A DNA stretch of 64,000 bases from Vermamoeba vermiformis (taxonomy: Eukaryota), in contig JBEWZL010000063.1 in NCBI GenBank assembly GCA_045837725.1, positions 62,001 through 126,000 on the forward strand, given 5' to 3'. Below, piece after piece: positions 37,907 to 50,181 of the stretch. The number at the start of each line of letters is the position of its first letter. Position 1 is the stretch's first letter. Made by a program: the position numbers and the translations under genes. The notes under the pieces are model-generated. The model was not told the DNA's origin. It ran no database searches and worked only from the letters and a program-made list of their open reading frames with translations.

Positions 37907-38383
37907 TGTGTGTGCTTCTGTTGAAAAAATTACAACTAAATGTTTTTCATAGCAAGGCCCATTTTTTTTGCTTGACGAGCACGTGCTCAACACGGCTTGC
38001 CAACTTCATACGGAAAGCCTTATGCACTGATTTTAATATTTCTTGAGAAGTTGAGTATTTTCCGGCGAGCGGAGTTGGGATTTGGGATTCACAAGATCGT
38101 GCATAAATAAATCTGTAATCATGCTCAGACCGCTTAGATATTGTGCCCTCATACACAGTTCATTTCGATTGACATTTTGGGCTTTTCTAATGTTTCCTGA
38201 ATTTCAGGGGATAAACTCAAACTTTCAGACACCAATAACTATCTTTTTTTCTCGTTTGCACAAATTTATTTCGCCGCTCTGCTTCAATAGACAACACATC
38301 TCGTAAATTATGATAAAAAGTTGCCGTAGTTTCTTACGGAATAATCAAAACAACCAAACTAAAAACAAAAACAATAGATCAAG

Positions 38384-39219
38384 ATGTACAATCTACTCTC
38401 CCACACCGTAACAGGTCAAACTATTCGCAAAGCGATCGATGAAAGAGTATCTTATGATGACATTAGAAAAGGCGTTACCTCCGTCGAAGGTAAACTGCAA
38501 CTTTTTATTTCTGATCTTGATGTTAACTCACCTGATCGACAGTTCAAGAAGACCTGGAACACGAATTTGGAACACCATTAAGATATAAAGAAGCCGAAAT
38601 AAAGAAAATGATGATTAAGAAGTTTATTGATAGTTTAACAAGTCGCATGGCCCAGATTGTCGAAGAAAGGAACTGGATGCTGCTCAATGATTACAATACC
38701 AAGGAGATCAAGGTATGACGAGTAATACCAGCAACGATTAGACCTTTAGACCCATTATTTCAATGATTTTTCCTTGGGATCTGTTGTGTGCACGCCGGCC
38801 AAACGGCATATTCTCGATTACTCCGTAAAGCAGTCCATTAATGATTCGATTTACTTCAGGAAATTTTAATCAAGGAGTACACCCGCGAAGAACACAAGAC
38901 TTTTATTGAAAGCAATGGCGACTTGCTCAAGAGGCTACTGGTCAAGATCTTTCTCAATCGTGTTGCGAAAGCTGCAAGACGTATAATACAAGAATACAGT
39001 ATTGTCACTGGTCGTCTGACCGGAGAGCAAGTTCAAGAAGAGCTCGAACGAAAGTACTTGGTCCCCATGAACACGTACAGGAACTTTTTGAACTTACTCT
39101 GCGCTCATCCAAACTCGGAAGTGGATGAGCTGATTGAACTCCATTCAGAAATGAAGTACCGAGCGCGAAGAACTGAGCGTCAGGAGCAAGAGGACAGCAC
39201 CGGATGCTCAATCATGTAA
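38384..39219 (+). CDS. Protein with three DEK-C-like helical repeats and a C-terminal CaaX box
   Basis: Three exons; repeats such as VTSVEVQEDLEHEFGTPLRYKEAEI and LTGEQVQEELERKYLVPMNTYRNFL; ends GCSIM*. Confidence 0.6.
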
Positions 39220-39860
39220 ATACTGCTTAAATTGTAAATATTTGCGAAACTACACCGAATTCTCGATAGTAATGTAATAAATAGCTTATTGTCAGTATAT
39301 AACGCTTATTTGAAGCAAGGCACGTGCCTCTAACTAGTTGCGAAGTGTCAAACGCGAGGAGTAACTACTAGCAGCTCCGACACGGGTTGGAAATGCCATG
39401 TCGGTAAGGATTATAAGATCGTACTTGCAAGAAATGGGTGTAAGGGTCGTAAACAAGTGCAACTGAGCTTAAGCCACGGAAACGGACTGATGCCCGGAGA
39501 TGGATGTCATTAACTTAGGCCTAGTTACAATAACAAGATAATCTATCTACTTAATTACTTCGAGACGTGTAGTCGACGTCGTTTCACGTGTTGGTGTTTG
39601 GTTTGAGCGGTCTGGTCTAAACATTATTGTGCCAGATTTCGTGTGAGAACAGCACGGAGAAGAGTGAACTTGGTTCTACTTCGCGTGAGTGCTTAATTTA
39701 ATTTTTAGAAGTAGAATAACAAGAAGGTGCTATTATATTAAATTGCACAATTAAAATATTCGAAGTTTTAGTTCCGTGTTTGACGCTGCAATATTGTAAA
39801 ATTAATTTAATTATTGTATAAATATTAATATTAACATTATAATATGATAGGCTATTAACC

Positions 39861-42800
39861 ATGGCGGATCGCGCATCTATGGCTAAATTTGAGGCGTTCC
39901 AAAAATCAAGACAAATTACAACCGGGAAAGTGACCACAACGGATTTCCTTGATGACAAACCAACGAAAAAAATTTCGTCAATTAGATTTTCAGATGACTT
40001 GACGGTAAAGGATGGCCAGAAAGTGACGCCGGAGCTGAGCCAACGAAAATTATTGAATTCTGTCGGTAACTCTCGCGAGCAAGTCGCAGGTAATTAGAAG
40101 TGTCCCATTGTGCTGTTTTCCATACGTAACAAGTAATTGCATCAATTTACTGCGATGAAGGGTCGCGAGATCTGCGGATCAGAAGTTCCGAAAATCGTAC
40201 CTGTTACGACTTTTAACTGTACTTTCGGTACTGATCTATCCGTATATGTAGCCCCATTTGAACTGCAAGCCAAAGCGTTTCAAAATTCTCCGACAATCGA
40301 CTTCGAGCACAAACTGCTGGATAGGTTCTACTACACCCTGAAGGTTAACTCAGCCACTACTTCAGCTAACGCACCGAACGCTGCTACTGATTCGTAAGTT
40401 GTACTTTATTTTCGACTATTATAGAAAGTACGTTTGGGACGCAATCACAATTGTACGGGAGATTCTTGCCAAATATGGACAAATATGAGTTCTATCGTAT
40501 ATTTTACTGAGACTAGGTATTTACATCAAAATTGGTCTATCTAACAGTTTATTTACAATTCAATCGCATAAGATTGTCTTACGGCTATTTATCCGAGGCG
40601 CCGTTACCTTCCAAAATTGTTTCGTGATCCAACGTTGCTAGTTGGCCATTACTACTAAGAAAAAAATGCGATATATGAGCTTCGACGATGACTCAAATAT
40701 CGCGCGAGCAGTTAATGAAGTTCAGTTTAAGTTCTTTCTTTGCCATGGACAACCATTGCTCAACTTTTACTTCAAACGCAGACCAGCCATTCAATCTTCC
40801 TTTGCGCGTCAAGTAAGCGCTTACAGTACTCGCACTGTAGGTAAAAAAGTTCGTTAAAATTTATTATGATTGGGAATGTCAGTTCCGAGCTGAGATTCTT
40901 CCAAAACGATTTCCAAAATTTACGCAGCTACGGAATATAGCCGAAGAAAACCAGATTTTTTTTTTTGGATCTCAAAATTTTCTTTGTGCGTACCTGACTT
41001 TTAGATCGTGCGCGAGTTGCTTTTGGAATATTTTATACTGAGTCAGTGCATCCTTCAACGATTTCCAAATCACTGGGTTCGGGGTTGGAAACTCTTCGCG
41101 TTGTTCGTTCACGAGATCTGTGGTCGAGATGGCCTCCGTTGAGTCTTCGCTGCGCGGTGATTCGAATGATTCACCACAAGATGGAGATTCTACAATATAT
41201 TCGTAGCTTGGGTGCGTGTACGGAATGATTTCGTTGCTGCTGATGATATTCTGAATAGTGGATTTGACATTATTTTGCTCGGCTATTTCTTCTTCGCCGC
41301 TATATTCTAGCTTCAGTCGCTTAAAGGGGTGCAATTCGAGAGATTCAATAACGTCGAACAGGCTTTCTGGTTCTCTTTTGCGCTTCCAACTTTTGGATGC
41401 GAGAGATTCGCAGTCAACAGAAGCCATCCCATTAAAATATGGATTGTGACAGGCGTGGTAGTAATCATAATAACTGATATAAGGAATTGCGTGATGATTT
41501 ACATCGCTTGTCCAATCCAAAGCGAATTCCTAGGGATGTAAGGATTAGAAATTGGATCTACTTACGTACTGTACTAAAGGTTAGTACTTACGGGACGAAC
41601 GGACTCTTGCTTAGTTCCATACATCGGCCACTCGACTTCTCGTGTTGTTCTTCCTTGAAGGAATTAATGCCAGACTAATGAATTAACTGTTTTCCAGCTT
41701 TTTCCGTTTCGGTAAAAAATCTCGTTTAATCTCGGCAGTATCCCTATTCAAACGTTTAATTTAACCAATTAAAGAACGTCCACACTTATAAATCGATTCC
41801 CACAAATTAAATATTAACGTATACTGTGGCAGACAACCTTCCGAGGATTGCTTCTCCGTAAAGCTCGTCGTAGATAAGCGGAACGATCAAAGGCTTGCCG
41901 AGATCTTGACTTCTACGCTGTCTGTCTGTTCTGTGGTACCAAATATCAACGTGCGGGCCTACATTATCGCGCAAGTCGTGGCTAGCAGCACCGGAGGAGG
42001 TTTTCTGTTCACGCCAGATCAGATCCGAAACTTATACTTGGCTTCTTTGGATGGTTTTAAAGCTCTGAAGAAGCCAAATGTAGGCATTGGAGAAATCGTT
42101 AGAGGTAATAATACCGTAAATAACGTAAGGCGATTGCTAATTGGAAAGTTTAGCGTGGAGCATTGCTCGGGCCCTATTATTTAAGTATCTTTGCGATCGC
42201 TTAGAAGTTCCTTGCAAAATTTCTTTGCGCGAAGTATCGCCAAGTTTCATGCCAACGCGAATCGGACATGGCATTGCATGGATCAGATCTGGCGACCGAT
42301 CATCAGTCGTCGACCTACTCGGGAATATTGGCAGCTTATATGAGGAAGATCAGGCGAGGTATTACGAAGAGGTAAGTTATAGATATTATTAGCTGATTTT
42401 GATGTATGGTGACATTTCGCTGTCGTCCGAGTTTACGAAGGCAGTCACTTTTTTCCGCAGACAATTATAGTTATTTCCTGCATTATTTATCAACACAATG
42501 ATCGATTAGTTTCATTAAGTAATGCCAGTAGGCACATCATAATAGCCAACGGTAAACTTTGCGAAGTTGGGCCGTTGTAGAATTCTTAAATGAAATTTCA
42601 TGGGACGATTACTTAACGCTGCTTTTCGCTAAACAATATCTTTTATCGATGAACCATCCTTAACGAGATTAATGTAGCTCGCCATCGAGGAGCTCGATGT
42701 ATCGAGAAGAACTCAACGCGAAGTCGCACAAGCAAAGCCAAAAGCAAATGAAACTAAGTCCTCGCTGAGATGGTTCGAAGAGATAGACTTTAGCCAATCT

Positions 42801-44182
42801 CAAGTTCAGCCTCTTACTTTACTTGGAAAAGGACGTTATGGCCAAGTCTACAAAGCCAAAGTCGGCAACTTCATCTGCGCCTTGAAAATTGTTAGGATGG
42901 ATTCAATGACGAAGGATGTCAAGAAGTCTATCCACAAGGAAGTATCGCTAATGAGGACGTTGAAGCACGAGAATATCGTCTCGTACTTAGGACAAGAGGT
43001 CGTTCATGAAAACGAGTTGCACATATTTTTGGAGCTAATAACGAAGCCGCTAGATAAGTTGGTCGATAGCATCAAAGCCAAAGAACGAACAGCGTTGAAG
43101 CGTAGCGAGGTAATGCTCGTGGCCAAGGCGGTTGTTTCGGCGCTGAAGTACATCCACAATCTTCCGTCGAGATTAATGCATCGAGATATTAAGGTAACTA
43201 TAATTATTATTTTACGAGCAAATTGGATTATCTTCTTTTTTTCTTGCTAGAACTATAAATTAAATCACACAGTATCTTCTTCAAATTTACTTAAATTGGA
43301 AATATGATCCATCTTTTCATCCATCGTCCCCAACGAGGCCAAAATTTGCTTTTCAGTTGGGCTTATCCTCATAACAATTAACGTGGCATTTTAGGCTCGT
43401 AATGTACTAGTGGAGGTCGACGACTCTGGATTCATAATTCAGGCGAAGCTCTGGTACGATTCCAAGTTTAATCACTATTATTCTAATTGTTTATTGCTTA
43501 GTGACTTTGGTTTGGCAACCGAGGTATCAAACGATAAAGAAAATCAGTTGGCCGTAGGAACTGCTCGGTGGTATGTTTCTGGGATCCAAATCCGGACCAC
43601 GTGGCTTATTTAAACAACGCTCTCCGTTCTGTTAATTATGCACATTAATTCATCTAATGAAATCGCCGTTACATACAATCCCAGTATTTAAGTTGCCTTA
43701 TTTATTAGGATGGCACCGGAGGTTCACGCAATGCAGAAATACGACGAGAAGGCCGATAGTAAGTCGATTGAAACCTTATTAAAAAAATAACATTTGGTAC
43801 TATGGATCCGTTATCGCTTCCCTTCCCATGAGCTCGAGGATTTCGGGAGATAGAACGGAAATTCGCGGCCATCCAAATTAAATTTATTTTATTACCTGCA
43901 TTTTAATCTGCCCGTAATTTTAACTAATTTTATTGCCTGATCGCAGTTTGGAGTTTTGGAATGCTGCTTTACGAACTGTGTACCATGAAATTGCCTTATC
44001 ACGAGATCTGCGTTCTTGACGTCAAGCAAGAGATAATGAAAGGGCGACCTATTGATTTAGAGTCAGTAAGTACTGACTGGCGCGATATTTTGGCAATAAT
44101 CGCGGAATGTACGAGATTCGATCCGAAGTTGCGACCAAGCGCCACAGAAATACTACACAAACTCGAGGATATGAATAAGTAG
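39861..44182 (+). CDS. EDR1/CTR1-type N-terminal domain plus TKL protein kinase
   Basis: EDR1-like IDFEHKLLDRFY / LVVDKRNDQRL..IAQVVASSTGG / RALLFKYLCDRLEVPC; kinase GKGRYGQV, ALK, HRDIKARN, DFG, GTARWMAPE, DIWSFG. Phase-2 intron 40394-41832 joins exons in frame. Confidence 0.9.
40693..41624 (-). CDS. Nested antisense gene: 236-aa protein with C-terminal lambda-repressor/CUT-like helix-turn-helix
   Basis: Exons 41624-41592, 41529-40994 and 40834-40693 with canonical GT-AG introns; KSLKDALTQYKIFQKQLAHDLKVSASTVSAYLTRKGRLNGWSAFEVKVEQWL; NLS-like KRKRE..KRLKLE. Confidence 0.8.
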
Positions 44183-44528
44183 AGAATTACCACAAATTAC
44201 GGGCCTGTCATACATATGAGTTGCCTTAATTGGGAAGGAGCGCTAAAAGATTCCATCAGAAACCGATCGGGTCATGGTACGCTTTTGTTAAAGTTGGCCA
44301 GTGACAAAACTAACTTTTGCTTGAAAAGGGCTTGGAAATGGAGTATTAGAAGTTGTCGGTGAAAGTGTCGTCGACGAGCAATTCAATGCCGTTTTGCTGA
44401 AACATTAATAATTCTCGCCGCTATCTCGAACACCACACATAAAAGGAAGTGATGGTAAGTAATATTTATTTAATCATACACTTCATACTAACCACTACTA
44501 CAGCTTACTAAACCGCAACGACGTTCAA

Positions 44529-45247
44529 ATGCGCTCATCTGGCAACCAAATCCGCCGATCAGCTCGTCAAGCCGGCAAGAAACAATGCTCTTGCCACAAT
44601 GATAATTTCTGTCAACCAATTAGACGTCGAGCCAACAGACGAAGGGCCCAAAACCGCCGCCGTGTTCGCATCCCCGGCGCAATCCGCTGGACTGAGCGAA
44701 CAATTCGCATTCACAACGAGCTTGGCACCTTGCAAGGGCTTGTGTCTGAGAAGTGCCGCCTAACTGCCCGCAATTGCGAAGAAACTCGTCGAAAGATTGC
44801 GCGACATCTGTCTGACTGCCTTGTATTTCGTGGCAGCCGCCAAGTAACGATGAAATTATGGGTAAGTGGCATAAAAAAATTGTATAAAAATATTAATCAG
44901 TCTAATAGGTCCCAAGTTCCGTATTTTCCAACATGTTTTTGCCACATGTGGACGAAGACGATCTGAAATGGACCATCACGAAGCCGAAGGCAAAAAACGG
45001 TATCGTCAAGTTAAGCACAGCTACAGTGCGTGGTACTTTGTCTGAAGCACAGTTCCGCAGTGTGTTCCAGACGGGTTACTCTCGTAACCATCTGGATGAC
45101 CAAAACCTGGCTTATCATGCCAGTATTTTGTTCGATCAAGAGAATCCGTTCAAGTTTCGCTATAATATTGACACTGGTAACCTTGTTATCAATTGTAAGT
45201 ACCACGTATTCAGAATTGACGTGGATGGGTTGATGATCGACATTTAA
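44529..45247 (+). CDS. Hypothetical protein, Arg-rich N-terminus
   Basis: Two ORFs joined in frame by GT-AG intron 44862-44908; AATAAA downstream; no family recognised. Confidence 0.6.
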
Positions 45248-45859
45248 TTGTACGTTGAGCATTATTGTATTGACAAGCAATAAATAAATAACAATTAAAA
45301 ATATTATGGATGTCTTAATTGTTGAATGGAGATCTGGGTGTGATCCGGGCCACGATCCGGCACTTTTTAAAAAGAAAGCAAATTTGAAACCTTTTATAGG
45401 CCCTCATCAAGACCTCTTGGTAGTACTACTTCAGCTGTACCATTTGTTTGAGTAATATTAGTTAAATAAGGCAGAATTTTGCCTTGACTTTTTTCAGGCT
45501 ACCAGATTAGCAACACCAGACATGCCTAAGCGACCGAAACAATAAAATACCAACATCGATGATAGTAACAAAGTAAGTACTTAGTCAGTTAAATACTTTA
45601 ACAAATTAGATCCTGGATCCAAATTAAGTAAACACGTCACGAGACATAACACACCCACCCCAAAATTGGTGCAAGCCGCGTTACTCGTAGCGTTAGATTT
45701 TATTAAAATTATTAATTCCAAATTTCTAAAGAAAGGGGATTGTATTGTTCCGCAATTTCGTTTTGCCGCAAAACCGATTTTTCGTTGTCGTACGAAATGT
45801 GGATGTAAAACAGCACAAAAGTCATTGATTCTCAGCTGTTGTCATCTTATTAAATAGCT

Positions 45860-48038
45860 ATGAAACTTAACAGCGTCTGTAGGTTCATTTAAAATCATAC
45901 TGGTTTCCTTCGATATTAATTTTGCCGATCTGCTTAATCCCGATACTCGTTAATTTAACACTCATTTAATATATTGGTAATTTTTCAACGTCAATATAGA
46001 TTTTCATTTTATTTCGAAGAGACGATTATTAATAATTTTATTTTTAATTCAGATCTTGGCCTGTTTGTATTCATCGTGCTATTTGGATTCTTACGGGCGA
46101 ATCTTAGGCCCATCGGTAATATTGTATTTATTGCTACACAAGATCACCAATTAACCCGACTCTGATCAGTTAGCCCAACCGAATCTGACTGTAACTTCCA
46201 TGGAGACTATATCGAAGGCATTTGTAGTTGTAATGGGGGATATACTGGCATAGTATGTCAATACAAAATCAGCAAAGTGGAAACAAGAGAGTGCAAGGTA
46301 AGATCTAAACGATCGCTTTCTGTTCTAACCCAAATTTAGCGTTCAAATGACTGCTACGATTGCGAAGAATACGATTGCCCTTTAGCTTATCGCCAACAAT
46401 TAAACGTGTGCGACTATGTAGTTAAAGAAGAATACAAGGTCAACGGAATCTGTCGCAACATCACTGCAGTGTGCTTTCCGACTTACTCTTGCACTTGTCC
46501 TGAAGGCATATCATTGCTCGGCTCTGATTGTTTCCGAACAGAATTATTGGATAGATTTGGCTTCTTCATGATTGTCATTGCCGCGCTGACCGTTTTTAGC
46601 ATTGGATTCGAACTCGTTGTCCACTTTCTCGAGCATGTAAGTTATATTTATCATTATTATAATATATTATGCTAATATTACGCAGTTCTTGGCCCATCAC
46701 CATCAAAAAGGTCTGTTGGGCATCGTTCAGGGATTCAAGTCCGAGCTGACGTTGATCGGTCTGATTGGCTTGACCTTGTTTATTGTGAATAGTAATAGCG
46801 GTAAGAATAGACTACGGCCGGCAAGCATAAGCTTATATAAGCAATTATAGGATTCGAGCACTTAATAGAAGCGCTGCAAGGCAGTGAAGAAGTCATTGAC
46901 GGCGTACACTTCTTGATGTTTTTCTTCGTCATCGTGTACTTTTTTGTGCTCATATTTTCGCTGATTGTAATGAAGGTGTTAGTGTCAAGAAGATTTAAAA
47001 GTTTTGAATTAGTTCATGCAGGTAAAGACGTCAAAATACTTACGTGAAGTACCTGGATCCGCGAATTTTTGACACTTTTTTTCTTCAGAATCATTTCAAG
47101 CTTTACTCGAAGGTCGAGATCACAAACAAAGAGCAAGAGAAGTGATCGTAGAAGTTGGGGCCAATAGTCAATGGTACGTCGTAAACTCATTTTATTTGTT
47201 TTAACAAACCAGCTCGCCGCAGGTCCCGAAGAAGCTACGCCAATTACTGTACCTTCAGAAAGTTCTTTTTCGCGTCAGCAAGAACAAAATTCTCGCGAGA
47301 AGAGCTTGCTTTCTTCCCGTTCAACGAGTACATGAACCTGTGTTTGAGCGATGTTATGGGTCGGATCTCTAGCGGCACGTGGATCATTTGGATTGCGTTT
47401 GCATTTTTCTTCTTTATGGACGTATACTTGAAAGATTACTATGGATATACCATATCCCGTATTGCCGTCATGGTGCTTCTGAGCGTTACGAACGTTTTTA
47501 TCGTCATTCCTAAAATTAGAATGGCTGCATTTTCTTCGGTCAAGCCAAAGGTTAGTAAATTCATATTATTAATTCAGTCTATAATAATGTATTATATTAG
47601 GCGTTTAACATTAACGAAGAGAACGTCGAGTTGCTGCACGAGAATCCACAGGATGTTCGTTTAGCAAAGGCGTACCAAAAGTTCTTTGCTTGTGGCAGGC
47701 CTAAAGTTCTCGAAATATTGACGCAAATAGCACTTTGGTTCTCAATTCTCAACGCATTTGCCGTGGTTTTTATGAACGATGCCAGTTTGATCCCGTTACT
47801 TATTGCCATTTGCCTTGCACTGCTCAACGGATCATATATTATCACTATTTTGGCGCCTATGCTAGCAGGCATACTACATAACGGCCCTAAACTGAACGTC
47901 CAGTTCGTCAAAGAAGTTCTGAAGCGACATCCGCAAAACGACAAACTGCAGATCTATCGCGAGTACGTGGCCCAAAAACAAAATGCAAGGGCACCCATGG
48001 CTCAAGTAGAGGAGTTGCAAGATGTGGATCAAGAGTAA
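45860..48038 (+). CDS. MLO: MLO-family multi-pass membrane protein with signal peptide and EGF-like Cys-rich ectodomain
   Basis: MKLNSVYLGLFVFIVLFGFL; CNFHGDYIEGICSCNGGYTGIVC; MLO-like FELVVHFLEHFLAHHHQKGL..FKSELTLIGLI, VHFLMFF, FPFNEYMNLCL, FFACGRPKVL. Confidence 0.8.
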
Positions 48039-48181
48039 ATAAAAGTAAGTAATTAGACTAATTTCTTTGTTTTGATTGAGAAAATTCTCCAAGAGTCCAA
48101 AAGTGTTATTAATGCCGTCATAAGAACTCGGCAAAAAATCAGGTTTTATTTTCAGTAGAGCAGAAGCAAATGAGGGGAGGC

Positions 48182-50112
48182 TTATTCTGATGAGTCGTCA
48201 GATTGTGTGAGGCTGTAGTAATCCAGGTGGTGGTCAGAAGGGTATTCAATGTTGTGTGGTACAGTAATTTTGTAGCCCCATGCGTTGCTTTTCAACGATG
48301 TTTCTAACCAGACCACAAATGAGTTGTCACTGAAACGTGTTATGATATCCGTGGATAATGTATTTGTATTGAATGGCAATTCAAATGATTTGAAACCTTC
48401 AGTTGGTGGTGCAGACCTAAAGTCAAGGATCTTGAAAGAAAAGTTAGATTTGAATCAAATCGGAATTTTCTTCATACCGCCAGTCTTGACTTGTACATGG
48501 CAACAATAAGGTCATTAGTAATCCAAAAGAATTCTCTCACTTTGTAAAGCCCCTTTGATTTTGACCATCGACTTGCCACCCTTGGTTTCTTTTTCTCTTT
48601 CTTCTGTTCACCAGGTTTTAGTTCTTTAGTAAAATCAATTGTTGTTTTATAAATAGTGTCGTAATCTTGATCTTTTCCAGATCGTGTGGTGGATTTGTTT
48701 TTGAGTTTTACTTTCAGAATTTTTTCGGAGATCTGTGGGTTGTATTCTATCATTCTACTTCCATCATTTGACATTGTAATGTAGTTGCAATACCATTCGT
48801 CGACCTTAATTTGTCGCTGAATTGTTGGATCAAGTGTACAAGCTCCTGAAAAATTTCTGTGACGGGTGTCATAAAACTGTAATGAATCTGATGTATATGT
48901 AATATCGTATTTGTTTTGGTGGTGACATATTACTGGCAGTTTTTCATGCTGTCTTGTTTGCGTATTGTGAATGTATGTAACAGGATGATGTTTGGCTGAA
49001 CGATCTTGAATTATCAATTTAACGACTCCATGGTGTTCTATAAATCCCATAAAATAATATTCAGGTTCCAAAATATTGGGATAGTCATATTGTTTAACTG
49101 ACTCTCCTTTGAAGATCTCGACTTTACCAAATGACACAAGCCAAATAGTACCATCATCTGTATTAAAGTTAAAACATTTATCAAAAGTAATTTAGCAGAA
49201 GCAAATACCTTGCAGAAGTGCATCATAAGTCCTGCCTTTAGTGTTGCCACTGATCTTTCTTACCAAATCCACTTTGCCGTTATCCCCGACATCATAAAGA
49301 TAAAGAATTTGATTAGGTTCATCACTTGTAGCAGGTTTACTGATGGTATGGCTTATCAGCACCTGTTTTCCTTTAGAAACAAGTTGTCAGTCCCAAGTAT
49401 AGTATAAATTAATTGTTTCTTACGTAAGGTGTTGCATGAGAATTGAGTTTGTTCAACATCAAGTTCTTCTTCAATGATTGGATCTGGCTTTCGCAAGTCG
49501 ATGATAGTGTGCCCAAACTCAATTATGAATGCTATATTTGGGCACCATGGAGCTGATTTAACTGGTGCCCAGCCAAATTTCCAATGATTGAAGTCAAACA
49601 TTTGGATGTCACCAATGTGTTTTCGAACTCGAGCAACTTCTTCCATTAATTCAAGTTTTTCACCTCCAGTCAGTTCTTGATATGAATAGGGCAGAATATG
49701 AGCGAGCATCTCGCGGTAATAAGTGGTGATTTTGACATGCCAAGAAGAACATGTTTGGCTCAGTGCTTTCAAATCGTTTGTCACCAATTTTAAATGATCT
49801 AATATTCGTCTAGCAACTCCAATATTGGGGTTTTGGAACTAAATATGATTATTAGAATTTTATAAAATTATTACAGCGATGTTGTCATTTATTATTCAAA
49901 TTTTGAATTTTAATTAAAATTCATATTATTTATGGGTGGGAACTATTTATAAATTATTTTTGGCGTGATTTGAATCCGGACAACAATAACAATAAATACA
50001 AAATTAATCAACTCACGCCCGAATCCACTACTGAAGGCTCTTTATCGACAATTTTTTGCTTCTTTGCCTTTTTAGCTTTTGAACTATTCTTTGTGCGTTT
50101 CTTTGGAGGCAT
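48182..50112 (-). CDS. F-box-like protein with basic N-terminus and beta-rich C-terminus
   Basis: MPPKKRTKNSSKAKKAKKQK; VARRILDHLKLVTNDLKALSQTCSSWH; several GT-AG introns. Confidence 0.6.
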
Positions 50113-50181
50113 TGATGATTGTTATTCGATCACGAATGTTAAATTGAAATAATCGTTTATGTATGTTCGTAAAACCACCAC

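Noticed and set aside
38384-39530. ORF plus downstream structured block as a Fanzor/omegaRNA locus
   Set aside because: The protein has no RuvC or zinc-finger motifs, ends in CaaX, and has its own AATAAA before the structured block.
39600-39850. Extension of the candidate ncRNA to ~39694 through an apparent terminal stem
   Set aside because: Better explained as the kinase 5' UTR exon with a GTGAGT donor at 39685 and acceptor at 39850.
40425-40857. Plus-strand ORF pieces as extra kinase exons
   Set aside because: Splicing at 40424 hits a stop, and ORF 40642-40857 is the antisense shadow of the nested HTH exon.
48050-49800. Possible second CpG-depleted island
   Set aside because: Only mild by eye (about 30 or more CpG in 1.75 kb) and confounded by low GC; needs computation.
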